IMG/VR virus record: IMGVR_UViG_3300017446_000004
Location: 1-46,646 of that record
DNA length: 46,646 bases
Source of the DNA: a virus
Strand: one strand, 5' to 3'
Below, one piece after another: positions 21,553 to 29,730 of this stretch (within the stretch, counting starts at the first letter, position 1; each line of letters begins with the position of its first letter). A program made the translations under genes and the position numbers. The notes beneath the pieces are model-generated. The model was given only the letters and a program-made list of their open reading frames with translations. It was not told where the DNA came from and ran no database searches.

Positions 21553-24500
21553 ATGGCTTTCGTCGTACTTTTGCAGGCCCAGCCCCGGTTGCCGTCCAGT
21601 GGCGCGCTCACCACCGTTCGCGTGGCCGGGGGCGGGTCGCGGGCCTATGATCAACTCGGCTTTACCGATTGGCGCGCAGGCATCGCGACCCGGCCTCGGT
21701 TCACCACGGCGATCGATTTCGACAAAGGCGGGCCGACCGGGGGCGCGATCCCGCAAACGACAGGCATTCGGATCGCGCCATCGGACAAAGCCTATTTTTC
21801 GGCGCTGTCCAACGTCGTTTGGCCTGGCGCTCGCGTCTCGATCGCGACCGGCGACGACGAAGGGCTCGCCATATCCTATCCGCTTTTGTTGCAGGGGACG
21901 GTTGCGGCGTCCGTCACCTCGGGCGCAGCGATCACGTTGACGATCGCCGACCTGTCGGCAGACCTCAACAAGCTCGCCGTGCCGAACACGTTCGCCGGCA
22001 CCGGGGGGCTTGAGGGCGTGGACGCCGCGACAGGGCGCGTAAAGCGCCGCACCTTCGGCGTGGTCTTCAACGTGGAAGGCCGAGTCCTCGACAACGCGAA
22101 CAACGTCTATGAGTTCGGCGATCCGAATTTCGGCGTTTCGTCGTTCGATATGCTCAAGGATAAGGGGCAGGCCGGGCCTATGACCGTGCTGGCGTGGCAA
22201 GGGAGCGCCCTGGCGACGCTCAACGCGCTCAAGGCGGCGACGGTGGCCAGTGGGGGCGGCGTGGTCGCTCCATCGATCTCCTGCGCGAAATGGTGGACGG
22301 TTCCGGCCGGCCCTCTCACGGCGGATATGACGTACAATCCCGGCAGCGGCACACAGCCCGCGCAGCTTGCCGCGACGTTCGCCGCTCAGTTCTCAACCGA
22401 CATGACGTTCGCGAACATCGCCGAGGCCGCGGGATGGATCAATTACGCGTCGGGCGTCCACATTGACGACGCGAACGAAACCGCCGCATCCGTGCTTGAT
22501 CGCCTGCTCTTGCCGGTCTTTATCGTTTGGGTGCTGCGCGCCGATGGCGGGCTCGTCTTTCGCCGGGTCAGCTTCGACAATCCGATTGCCACCCTGCGCG
22601 CCGAAACGGTCAACCGCGAGGTGGTCTTCCCCGCACTCAAGACGCGAAAGCTTGGATTTCAGCGAAACTACCGCATCCATTCGGAAAGCGAGATTTCGGC
22701 CACGCTGCTCGCTGCCAAAGATATCGCCTACGCGGATGGCACGCCGATCGAGACGCTCAAGCCTGCCGAGGCTGGCGCGAACGTCACAGAGGCGCGCACG
22801 GCCGCGGCGATCAGCGGGCAGGGCACCTTTGCGACAATCAGCAGCGCGGCCTATGGATCTCAATACCTGACCGGGTTCGGCGCACTGTCGCCGCTCTCTA
22901 ACCTGACGTTTGGCTCGTCGTTCCTGCTCGAGCAAGCTGGCGGCGTGTCGGCCACGCTTGCCGCGTTCAAGACGATCCAGGGCATTGCCGCTTCGATCAC
23001 CGGCCAAGGCGGGTTCGCGACGATCAATAGCGCCGCTTATGGGTCGTCGTTCCTTACCGGATTTGGTCAACTCAGCCCGCTCAACAATCTGTTTTTCGGC
23101 GGCGCGTATCTGCTCGAGCAATCTGGCGGATCGCCCGCGACCTTGGCGGCATTCAAGACCATCCAGGGAATCGCGGCGTCGATCACCGGGCAAGGCGCAT
23201 TCGCCACGCAAAATAGCGCGGGCTATGGCTCGGCGCTTCTGACCGGGTTCGGGCAATTGAGCCCGCTCAATTCGCTCGCCTTCGGAAGCCCCTACCTGCT
23301 CGAGCAGTCTGGCGGCGCATCGGCAACCCTGGCGCAGTTCAAAACCTCGCTTGGCAGCGCGGGCGGGTTCCTTGGTCAAACGGATTGGGCAACGTTCACC
23401 GTGCCCACTGCGCGGTTGACGCGGGAGGACGCGAACCTCGTTTATGATGGAGGCCTCACGCTACGCGCGGCACGTTGGTCGCTAGGCAGCGGTTGGAATT
23501 GGGTCCTCGGCGCGGCTGGCGACGGCCCTTATTTGCAGCGCGGCACGGGTGGCCAAAGCATAAGCTACAGCGACTTTTTCGCGTTCGCCGCGGGGTCGGG
23601 ATACTTGCAATCTGAAATGTTCGCCTCGGGCATGACTGCCGGCACGTTCGCGATGGATCTGGAATTTTACAACGGCGCTACCTTGCTCACTGGCGGCTCA
23701 ACGGGTGCGACATCTGCGGCAAACGGGACCGGATGGAGCGAGCGCGGTTCAACGTTTACCGCCCCCGCGAACACCACCCGCGCCCGCGTTCGGGTTTATA
23801 CAGCGAGCGATGCGCAGAACACGAACGCCGCAATCCGGCGTATCAAAGTCAGTAGCGCGTCAACGCGCACGAAATACAGTGACGAGGCGACGGTCGGCGC
23901 GGCATACGACGACGGAACCTATATGAACATGCTCAAGCCCGAGGAAGCGGGCGGGAACCGGACAGAGGCGCGCATCGCATCGGCGATCAGCGGGCAAACC
24001 GATTGGGCGACCTATACCGGATTGACCACAACGGTTGTGGCTGGTCGGACTCAACGCCTTCAAGGCGATGGATACATCGAGTCCGCCACGATCTATAAAA
24101 CCGGAGCAGGTTTTCTTAGCGCGTTCTACCCAGCCGAAGGCGGGGCAAATAAGACCGAGACGCGGACGGCCGCAGCGATCACCGGGCAAAGCGCTTTCGC
24201 CACATATACGGGCGTCCCTCCTGGCGCACTGATCGGCGGGCCGACCAACCTCGTTCCCGATGGCGGGTTTCGGTTTGGCGGGCAGGGCTGGTCGGCATCG
24301 GCGATCGGATTTGGCCTCAACGGTACGGACTCGACGGGCTACGCCATTTGCAACGCGACAGGGACGAACGTATCAAGCTCGCCTCAATTCCCGGCCACCG
24401 CTGGCGCACAATATTGCTTGCAAGCTGAAATGTCATACGCTGCGGGCGGCGGCAATCAGTGCGCCGACGTGGTGTTCCTTAACGCTCAAGGGCAACCGCT

Positions 24501-25224
24501 GACCGATCCGGGCTCGCGTATTTCGCTCAACACCTCGGGCGTTGCGACGGGAACGGCAATTGGCGGAACATCAAATTACACGATGCTTTATCGTGTTTTC
24601 ACCGCCCCGGCGAACACCGCGTCGGCAACGGTTCGCGTCTATTCCGAAGGCAAGACATCGGGGACGATGGTGTGGCGCAAAATCAAGCTCGCGTTTAGCG
24701 CCTATCCGAGCCCGTGGGATGACACCGCTTCAATGTCGGCCCGCTACGGCGATGACACGCTCGCGGACGCTCTGCGCCCCGAGGAAATCGGCGGGAACCG
24801 AACCGAAGCGCGCACCGCATCGGCGATCGCGGGGCAAGGCACCTTTGCCACGCTCAGCAACGTCAGCCGCGGAAATTACGCCAGCTATTTCAACCTCAAT
24901 GCCTTCAGTCTCAATTACAACATTACGCGCAGCGACGGCGTAAGCGTTGTGACGGAGTCGCTCGTCGTAACAACCTTAGGCATCGCGTCGGCAATCTCTG
25001 GTCAAGGTGGACTTGCCACGCGAAACGCGGTCGATAGCTCAACGATGACCCCAAATTCCGCGTCTGACATGGTGATTATGAGCAATACCAACACCTATAC
25101 AGGAACCGGAGCCCCTGGCACGGGAAGCCCGGTTGGCGGGACGGGCGGCACGGTCAGCACGGGCGGATCTGGCGGCGCAGGCGGCGGCGTCGGCAACACC
25201 CGGCAGACTTATGCGACACCATGA
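21553..25224 (+). CDS. Tail tip / host-specificity fibre protein (gpJ-like N-terminus, fibre repeats, two carbohydrate-binding-module-like domains, Gly-rich tail)
   Basis: 1223 aa, immediately after the tape measure. A recurring fibre motif (E/A)xGANxTExRTAAAIxGQGxFAT appears at least 5 times. Two paralogous segments begin NLVYDGGL... and NLVPDGGFRFGGQGW..., and end FTAPANTxxAxVRVY...IKV/L. Confidence 0.8.
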   Translation: MAFVVLLQAQPRLPSSGALTTVRVAGGGSRAYDQLGFTDWRAGIATRPRFTTAIDFDKGGPTGGAIPQTTGIRIAPSDKAYFSALSNVVWPGARVSIATGDDEGLAISYPLLLQGTVAASVTSGAAITLTIADLSADLNKLAVPNTFAGTGGLEGVDAATGRVKRRTFGVVFNVEGRVLDNANNVYEFGDPNFGVSSFDMLKDKGQAGPMTVLAWQGSALATLNALKAATVASGGGVVAPSISCAKWWTVPAGPLTADMTYNPGSGTQPAQLAATFAAQFSTDMTFANIAEAAGWINYASGVHIDDANETAASVLDRLLLPVFIVWVLRADGGLVFRRVSFDNPIATLRAETVNREVVFPALKTRKLGFQRNYRIHSESEISATLLAAKDIAYADGTPIETLKPAEAGANVTEARTAAAISGQGTFATISSAAYGSQYLTGFGALSPLSNLTFGSSFLLEQAGGVSATLAAFKTIQGIAASITGQGGFATINSAAYGSSFLTGFGQLSPLNNLFFGGAYLLEQSGGSPATLAAFKTIQGIAASITGQGAFATQNSAGYGSALLTGFGQLSPLNSLAFGSPYLLEQSGGASATLAQFKTSLGSAGGFLGQTDWATFTVPTARLTREDANLVYDGGLTLRAARWSLGSGWNWVLGAAGDGPYLQRGTGGQSISYSDFFAFAAGSGYLQSEMFASGMTAGTFAMDLEFYNGATLLTGGSTGATSAANGTGWSERGSTFTAPANTTRARVRVYTASDAQNTNAAIRRIKVSSASTRTKYSDEATVGAAYDDGTYMNMLKPEEAGGNRTEARIASAISGQTDWATYTGLTTTVVAGRTQRLQGDGYIESATIYKTGAGFLSAFYPAEGGANKTETRTAAAITGQSAFATYTGVPPGALIGGPTNLVPDGGFRFGGQGWSASAIGFGLNGTDSTGYAICNATGTNVSSSPQFPATAGAQYCLQAEMSYAAGGGNQCADVVFLNAQGQPLTDPGSRISLNTSGVATGTAIGGTSNYTMLYRVFTAPANTASATVRVYSEGKTSGTMVWRKIKLAFSAYPSPWDDTASMSARYGDDTLADALRPEEIGGNRTEARTASAIAGQGTFATLSNVSRGNYASYFNLNAFSLNYNITRSDGVSVVTESLVVTTLGIASAISGQGGLATRNAVDSSTMTPNSASDMVIMSNTNTYTGTGAPGTGSPVGGTGGTVSTGGSGGAGGGVGNTRQTYATP
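22810..23367 (+). repeat. Three in-frame tandem copies of a 186-nt (62-aa) unit inside the fibre gene
   Basis: The atc of I(S/T)GQG lies at 22810, 22996 and 23182, an exact 186-nt period. Units read ISGQGTFATISSAAYGS(Q/S)(Y/F)LTGFG(A/Q)LSPL(S/N)NL.FG...LLEQ(A/S)GG..ATLAAFKTIQGIAAS. Confidence 0.9.
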
Positions 25225-25236
25225 TAAGGCAGGCAA

Positions 25237-25545
25237 ATGGCACTTGAGACGATATTCGATTTCAACATCACGCTTTCCAAGGATGCTGACGTGTCGATCC
25301 TGTTTCAGGCCGCGCACGTTTACACGGCCACAGGGGTTAGCAACCCGTGGGGGCTGACGTGCGCGTTTGATGGCGTCGGTATCAAGTCGATCGGCGGCGG
25401 CGGCGACATCACGATCACGCCCACGTTTATCGCGGGGCGGCAAAACACGCCGGCCGGCGCGCGACGTGTTCTCGTCCAGTGGTACGGGTCGCCAAATATG
25501 AAGCTTTCGGGCGCGGATATCGTCGTCAACATTCGCTATCGTTGA
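25237..25545 (+). CDS. 102-aa hypothetical protein (tail-distal block)
   Basis: SD aagg, high GC3, follows the fibre gene. Confidence 0.65.
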   Translation: MALETIFDFNITLSKDADVSILFQAAHVYTATGVSNPWGLTCAFDGVGIKSIGGGGDITITPTFIAGRQNTPAGARRVLVQWYGSPNMKLSGADIVVNIRYR

Positions 25546-25601
25546 TATGCGGCGCTCGAAATCGTATCGGGGTTCCTCGGTTTGATGCAGGAGCCTCTTA
25601 G

Positions 25602-26003
25602 ATGCAAACTTTCGACACCATCGGCGAAGCACGCGAGGGAATTATGGAGTTCCGCGCCGAGCATTTCGGCGGCGTTCCCGAGATCGCCCGCAAGCAGTTC
25701 AAGGAATTGGCCGCAAGCCCGAGCCCGGTTGACCAGATCGTCCGCCTGGGCGAGTTCGTTTGGGCCAACCGGGACATTCTGGACGCCGAGGCGTGGTCGC
25801 TCGGCGCGGGCCTGATCAGCTTTGCTACTATCAACGCATGGCATGGCCTGCTCGAGAATGACCGCGGCAACGCGATCGTTGCCAACTTGCGCAAGATGCT
25901 CGGCGAGATCACCCGAGCCCCCGCCGAGCCAGAGGCCCAGGCGCAATACGTCGTGACGCCGCCCGCCGCGACGCCGCTTGATGCCGAACCCGCCGCAGAA
26001 TAA
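25602..26003 (+). CDS. 133-aa hypothetical protein
   Basis: SD aggag precedes the ATG. TAATG junction with the next gene. Confidence 0.7.
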   Translation: MQTFDTIGEAREGIMEFRAEHFGGVPEIARKQFKELAASPSPVDQIVRLGEFVWANRDILDAEAWSLGAGLISFATINAWHGLLENDRGNAIVANLRKMLGEITRAPAEPEAQAQYVVTPPAATPLDAEPAAE

Positions 26004-26365
26004 TGGCGACGGTTGAACCCGGATACGCGTCATGGTTGACGCTCCCCGCGCGCTACGTGAGCACGGCGATTGCCGGCGCGGCGAGCGCGTGGGCCGGGCT
26101 CGCCGAGGACTCGAGCATCATTTCGCCGCTTGCGCTCAAGGCCGACGCGCAAACGGTTGCCACGTCCCAAGCGCAGATCCTCGCCGGGCCGAATGCGCGC
26201 GATCAATTGACGATTGCGGGGCTTCACGCGGACAAGATCGGCACGGTCATCAACGTGACGGCCGACCGCGCGGGATATGAGAACGGCGCGAATGTGTTCG
26301 TCGTTGGCGCGCAGGAAGCTGACGAGGGCAAGGTCACAACGCTGACCGTGATCAAGAGGCTTTAG
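26003..26365 (+). CDS. 120-aa hypothetical protein
   Basis: Coupled start (TAATG) and high GC3. Confidence 0.65.
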   Translation: MATVEPGYASWLTLPARYVSTAIAGAASAWAGLAEDSSIISPLALKADAQTVATSQAQILAGPNARDQLTIAGLHADKIGTVINVTADRAGYENGANVFVVGAQEADEGKVTTLTVIKRL

Positions 26366-26368
26366 CCA

Positions 26369-27121
26369 ATGCAATCCCTTCTGATCATGGCCCCTATGCC
26401 GGTTGCGGCGGTGGTTTCGCAGACGATCGCGGGCATGTCGCGCGCGCTGTCTCCCGATCCAAAAGAGGCGTTCATCTGCCCGGCCAATACGGGCGTTGGC
26501 ATCATTCTGGACATGGGCGTCGCTGTAACGGTCGATACCGCGTTCGTGGGCTATCATACCGCGATCGGCACTCAGCAATTTAGCATGTCGGCTTGCGATT
26601 CCGCAGGCTCGAACGCCTTGGCCGTGGTGTCGGGAACATCGCTCGCACCGCTTGGCTATGGCCCGCCAAACCACGGATTTCGCAAGGGCACGGCGCGGAC
26701 CTCGCGCTATTTCCGATTTGACTTTAGCTCGCTCAACGCGGCCGCGTTTTCGGTCGGCGTCATCGCCCTGGGCAAGGCGTGGCAATCGCAGTGGGGGCAG
26801 GAAATGGGCGCAGGCCGACAGGTGATCGACACCGGGTCAGCCGAGCGCCTTTTCGGCGGCGGGTTCGGCATTGACGAAGGCGCGCGCTCGGACGCGTACC
26901 AATGGACCTTCGGCGACCTGCAAGCCGCCGAGATCCGTTCGCTCTATGCGATCGTGTCCGACCGCGGCACGACGAGAACGGTTTTGGTGATCGAGGACCC
27001 CGAAATCACGGACGGCCTAAACGAGCGCATTCATTGGGGCTTGTTCCAAAAGCTTGATTTTTATGAGAGAGTCGACCCAAGCAATTGGAAATGGTCGTTA
27101 CAGGTGGCTGATTGGGCATGA
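26369..27121 (+). CDS. 250-aa hypothetical protein, possibly virion-associated
   Basis: Long clean ORF between the fibre and the lysis genes. No motif I can name. Confidence 0.7.
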   Translation: MQSLLIMAPMPVAAVVSQTIAGMSRALSPDPKEAFICPANTGVGIILDMGVAVTVDTAFVGYHTAIGTQQFSMSACDSAGSNALAVVSGTSLAPLGYGPPNHGFRKGTARTSRYFRFDFSSLNAAAFSVGVIALGKAWQSQWGQEMGAGRQVIDTGSAERLFGGGFGIDEGARSDAYQWTFGDLQAAEIRSLYAIVSDRGTTRTVLVIEDPEITDGLNERIHWGLFQKLDFYERVDPSNWKWSLQVADWA

Positions 27122-27636
27122 CGCAAATTCTATGGGCAACCGAATACCTGCGGCCTTGGCTGACAACGGCATTTAGCGCGGGAACTTTCACGGTCGCTTT
27201 GAGCGGATACCGCATCTGGCGGAAAGGCAAAACCGACGACCTCAAAGTCGCGAGTGACACCCTCAAGATCGAGGCCGACGTTGCCGACCGCCTTAGCGCG
27301 CACTACGCGACCGAATTGGCATCGCTGCGCGAGCAGATCATCACCTCGGGAAACGCCCACGCCGATCGACAAGAGCGCGCAGATCGGCGTTACACTGCCA
27401 GTATGCACGCGGCTGATGAGCGCGAGCGCGAATGCCAAGCCCAGGTTTCGACGTTGCGAGACGAGGTGCGCAAGCTTTCCGAAGAGGTGTTCGGCCTGCG
27501 CCGACAGCTAAGCCAAAATTCGCGGTCCGCGATCATCCTGGCGGGGCAGGTTCCGACCGACGACATTGCCGCCGCCGCCGAGCGTGCAGCAATGGCGCTT
27601 GATGAGGTAGAATCGCGGGCAAATCCGACCGGATGA
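27118..27636 (+). CDS. N-terminal transmembrane + coiled-coil protein (i-spanin-like architecture)
   Basis: ATGA overlap with the upstream gene. TM LRPWLTTAFSAGTFTVALSGYRIW, then a heptad-like region (LASLREQI...VSTLRDEVRKLSEEVFGLRRQL). Confidence 0.6.
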   Translation: MTQILWATEYLRPWLTTAFSAGTFTVALSGYRIWRKGKTDDLKVASDTLKIEADVADRLSAHYATELASLREQIITSGNAHADRQERADRRYTASMHAADERERECQAQVSTLRDEVRKLSEEVFGLRRQLSQNSRSAIILAGQVPTDDIAAAAERAAMALDEVESRANPTG

Positions 27637-27660
27637 CGACCGTCTAAATTCGCGATAAGA

Positions 27661-27686
27661 GGGGGGCTTCAACATAGGAGCCCCCC
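27661..27686 (+). promoter_or_regulatory. Hairpin that includes the holin Shine-Dalgarno sequence
   Basis: 8-bp stem ggggggct / agcccccc. The aggag SD (27676-27680) spans the end of the loop and the 3' arm. The ATG is at 27690. Confidence 0.4.
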
Positions 27687-27689
27687 GCC

Positions 27690-28031
27690 ATGTCCACCCC
27701 CGACACAGAACCAACGCCGATCGTTTTTGACGACAGCATGACGACCGCGCAGATCCGGCAATTCCTTTCCGCAACGGCGTTTGTCGTTACCTCGATTCCC
27801 GTGTTCGCCGCCCTGTTCAGCAGGCGCGACATTGTGGGGATTGTCGATCTGCTCAAGAGCGAGCCCGCGCTCCAAGCTATCGGCGTTCTCAGCGCCTTCG
27901 CACTTCTGGTCTATCGTCAATGGGCAACCCGCCGCCGCGTCGCCAAGGGCACGGTGATCGCTGCCGCGTCGCCGGTCGCCGTGCTCAAGAGCGAGGTCGC
28001 GGGCTCGCCTACGCCGAGTGCCGAATCGTGA
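27690..28031 (+). CDS. Holin candidate (two transmembrane helices)
   Basis: 113 aa. Helices FLSATAFVVTSIPVFAALFS and AIGVLSAFALLVYRQW. GTGA coupling to the endolysin. Confidence 0.6.
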   Translation: MSTPDTEPTPIVFDDSMTTAQIRQFLSATAFVVTSIPVFAALFSRRDIVGIVDLLKSEPALQAIGVLSAFALLVYRQWATRRRVAKGTVIAAASPVAVLKSEVAGSPTPSAES

Positions 28032-28567
28032 CGGTCGATGACGTGCTCGATGACGTGCTCGCTAAGGAAGGCGGATACGTCAACGACCCGTTGGACGCGG
28101 GCGGCGAGACAAACCACGGCATCACGATCGCGACGGCGCGCGCCAACGGGTACAAGGGGCCAATGCGCGACATGCCGCAGTCGGTTGCCCGCGACATCCT
28201 GTTCCGCCGCTATGTCGTCGCGCCCGGCTTCGACAAGGTTGCCGTGATATCCGCAAAGATCGCCGCCGAGTTGGTGGATACGGGCGTCAACATGGGGCCC
28301 GATACCGCGGGCAAGATCCTGCAGCGCTGCCTTAACTCGCTCAACAACAACGGCAGGGATTTCGCCGTGCTCGACGTTGACGGCGATGTCGGCAAGGCCA
28401 GCCGGGCGGCGCTCAAGGTGTTTCTGGCGCGCCGCGGCGACCTGGGCGAGGCGCGCCTCCTTGTCCTGCTCAACGCGTTGCAGGGCGAGCGCTATGTCTC
28501 ACTGACCGAGACGCGCGCCGCGAACAAAGCCTTTATGTTCGGATGGCTCGCGCGGATCATGCCGTAA
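28028..28567 (+). CDS. Endolysin, glycoside hydrolase family 108 N-acetylmuramidase with a C-terminal peptidoglycan-binding domain
   Basis: LAKEGGYVNDPLDAGGETNHGIT is the GH108 signature. The C-terminal LDVDGDVGKASRAAL...FMFGWLARI resembles the associated PG-binding domain. GTG start at 28028 inside track ORF 27920..28567. Confidence 0.85.
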   Translation: MTVDDVLDDVLAKEGGYVNDPLDAGGETNHGITIATARANGYKGPMRDMPQSVARDILFRRYVVAPGFDKVAVISAKIAAELVDTGVNMGPDTAGKILQRCLNSLNNNGRDFAVLDVDGDVGKASRAALKVFLARRGDLGEARLLVLLNALQGERYVSLTETRAANKAFMFGWLARIMP

Positions 28568-28646
28568 CGGCTCGGTCTGGCGCTCAACGGCCGGTCGGCG
28601 CATAACGCGCCGGCCGGCAGCGTGCCGGTTTCAGCAAGGAATCGCC

Positions 28647-29090
28647 ATGCGAATATTTCACGGAATGGGGCTGGCGCTAGTCGCCGCGTGCTCCCTCTCA
28701 CTCGCCGCCTGCGAAATGGGCGCGACGCGGCCCGCCACAGGCGTTCCCGTGCCAATCGGGCAGGTTGCCACCACCGCCGACGCGCTCGGCGTCCCTGCCC
28801 CGGCTGCGGCGGCAAATTCCACCGTTTTGGACGAGGCTCTCGCCCTCAAGGTGGAAGCCGCATACAAAGCATCCCGATCTGCGATGGAACTGGCGGTCGA
28901 CTCTGGCCGGCTGCGCGGGGCCAATGCCACAACGGCCGCGGCGATCGACAACCGGATTTATGCGGGGGTGCAGGCCACCCGCGCGGCGTATCGCGCCGGC
29001 AATGCGGATCGGTACACGACCGCCGCAGCGGAGGCGCTCAACGCGGTCGGCGACTTGCTGATCGCAGTCGGTAAGGGGGCGGGCAAATGA
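28647..29090 (+). CDS. Lipoprotein (o-spanin or exclusion-type function possible)
   Basis: SD aagga. Lipobox LSLAA/C in MRIFHGMGLALVAACSLSLAACEM. The mature part is Ala-rich and helical. Confidence 0.7.
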   Translation: MRIFHGMGLALVAACSLSLAACEMGATRPATGVPVPIGQVATTADALGVPAPAAAANSTVLDEALALKVEAAYKASRSAMELAVDSGRLRGANATTAAAIDNRIYAGVQATRAAYRAGNADRYTTAAAEALNAVGDLLIAVGKGAGK

Positions 29091-29302
29091 GCGGTGCATT
29101 CAACCTTGAGAACGTGCTCAAGGCGCTGTCGCTGGCAGGCTCGGCAACCCCTGCCGTCGCTGCGCTGGTCAACCTTGTGACCCCGCTGCTTGATCGCCGA
29201 GATCAAGCGACGCTCAAGGAAGCGTTGGCCGATGCCCAGGCCGACAACGACGAAGGGCATCGGCGCTTGCAAGAGAAGTTGGCCAGCGCGGCTAAGCGCT
29301 GA
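29087..29302 (+). CDS. 71-aa hypothetical protein
   Basis: ATGA overlap with the lipoprotein gene. Last gene of the rightward late transcript. Confidence 0.55.
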   Translation: MSGAFNLENVLKALSLAGSATPAVAALVNLVTPLLDRRDQATLKEALADAQADNDEGHRRLQEKLASAAKR

Positions 29303-29444
29303 TCCTGCGCCCCTTGAGGGCGGCAGCGCGCCGACGCCGATATTCCCGGATCGGCGCGCTGTCTCGGGTGGTGGCGACAATATCCGCCAGCTTGTGCAGG
29401 GCCGCGGATCGGCGGAAATGCTCACGGATATCTTGCTCTGTCAT
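29292..29444 (-). CDS. 50-aa hypothetical protein (MTEQDIREHFRRSAALHKLADIV...)
   Basis: The internal ATG of track ORF 29292..29477 has an upstream ggaaggg. Last gene of the leftward operon. Confidence 0.5.
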   Translation of the reverse strand: MTEQDIREHFRRSAALHKLADIVATTRDSAPIREYRRRRAAALKGRRISA

Positions 29445-29457
29445 CGTCTCACCCTTC

Positions 29458-29730
29458 CTAGACCAGAAACTTGCCAACGACCGCGGAGCGGAACGTCTCG
29501 AACCGTTGCTCGTCGCGGCGCTTCCTGGCGTTTCGTTCCGTCTCAGGTTCCGCGCCGAGATCCGCGAGCGCGGCGTCGATCACCTCGCGGAACTCGGCAA
29601 GGCGGGCCCCCTTTAGGGGCCCACTGTTCCAATATAGACCGCGCAACCGCCAGACCGCCCAATTCCGTTGACGGGCCGCGGTTTGCTTGCCTGATGGCGG
29701 TCGGAATTTACGCAGCGGGTCGCGTGCCAT
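29458..29730 (-). CDS. 90-aa hypothetical protein
   Basis: The ATG at 29730 overlaps the ERF stop by 1 nt (TGATG). In frame with track ORF 29458..29919. Confidence 0.6.
   Translation of the reverse strand: MARDPLRKFRPPSGKQTAARQRNWAVWRLRGLYWNSGPLKGARLAEFREVIDAALADLGAEPETERNARKRRDEQRFETFRSAVVGKFLV

Noticed and set aside
22810-23367. Possible diversity-generating retroelement (template/variable repeat pair) in the fibre gene
   Set aside because: The copies are adjacent in-frame tandem units, not a TR/VR pair. The differences are not adenine-specific by eye, and no reverse transcriptase or accessory gene exists anywhere in the genome.
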